A stretch of 64,000 nt of DNA from a virus: IMG/VR virus record IMGVR_UViG_3300028536_000015, positions 9,365 to 73,364 of that record. The stretch is one strand, 5' to 3'. The translations under genes were made by a program, and so were the position numbers. Of this stretch, positions 63,535-64,000 are shown piece by piece. The notes below the pieces were generated by a model. The model was given only the letters and a program-made list of their open reading frames with translations, was not told the DNA's origin and searched no databases. The first letter of the stretch is position 1; each line of letters starts with the position of its first letter.

Positions 63535-63971
63535 CTAAAGTACCCAATAAGTCCTGGCATGATGGCGACGCTGACGTTTTCTATATCCTGCTTTGCAGCG
63601 ATATCCCAGGCTTCTTGCGCGTCTGCCTTGCGTTGCATCTCCAGAGGAGGTGCATAAATCCGTGCCAGTCTGGCGGCGAGACCAGAAACAAATGCATCCA
63701 GCCACAAATAGGGTATCTCGATGTTCTGGCCGTTGATGTACTCAGCGTCTTGTATCTGTCTCACCCTATAATAAAAAAGCGTATAAGGACCATTGCCGTC
63801 AGGCACCTGCCAAAGGGTGATCGTCGGAGATATCAACCGGTCGTACCAAAAGACCGTGGGAAACGCCTGCAAGGTCTTATCAGGATACGTCGCGTACTCA
63901 GATCGGCTGATGGGATAGATAGACCTATCAGTCGGTGGAGACCCGTACCTGACATAGGCATCCAGGATCAT
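63531..63971 (-). CDS. Head-tail adaptor-like protein, probably 5'-truncated
   Basis: ISRSEYA.YPDK...P..FWYDR, LWQVPD, GLAARLA motifs. Confidence 0.7.
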   Translation of the reverse strand: MILDAYVRYGSPPTDRSIYPISRSEYATYPDKTLQAFPTVFWYDRLISPTITLWQVPDGNGPYTLFYYRVRQIQDAEYINGQNIEIPYLWLDAFVSGLAARLARIYAPPLEMQRKADAQEAWDIAAKQDIENVSVAIMPGLIGYFR

Positions 63972-64000
63972 CGCGGTCTCGGCGGGAAGTTACGTGGAGC

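Noticed and set aside
1-64000. tRNA genes, integrase, RNA or DNA polymerase, stop-codon recoding
   Set aside because: None was recognised by eye. TAA, TAG and TGA all end genes that appear complete. tRNAscan was not run.

Overview
The window is most of the genome of a tailed dsDNA phage with podovirus-like architecture, probably infecting Rhizobiales/Alphaproteobacteria (GcrA-like gene, Rhizobiales-type dif site). Both ends fall inside the morphogenesis operon, so the major capsid gene is probably just outside the window. Layout: head and packaging genes (1-7.9 kb, minus); a pseudaminic-acid-type nonulosonate biosynthesis cluster (8.3-17.7 kb, plus); small accessory genes including a Mom-like gene (17.4-25.8 kb, minus); a non-coding hub with a dif-like site, an IHF site and a roughly 400-nt multi-stem RNA candidate (25.9-27.1 kb); an early-type operon in which ten gene junctions carry a conserved, covarying stem-loop element (27.1-34.6 kb, plus); terS, replication and regulatory genes (35.1-41.4 kb, minus); recombination genes (41.5-48 kb, plus); and lysis, tail and ejection genes (48-64 kb, minus). 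The strongest candidates for undescribed systems are the intergenic RNA-element array with its bistable sub-module, the large structured RNA beside the dif site, and the phage-borne nonulosonate pathway lacking PseG and a glycosyltransferase. All family calls come from motif recognition by eye and all pairings from manual inspection; no searches or folding programs were run.
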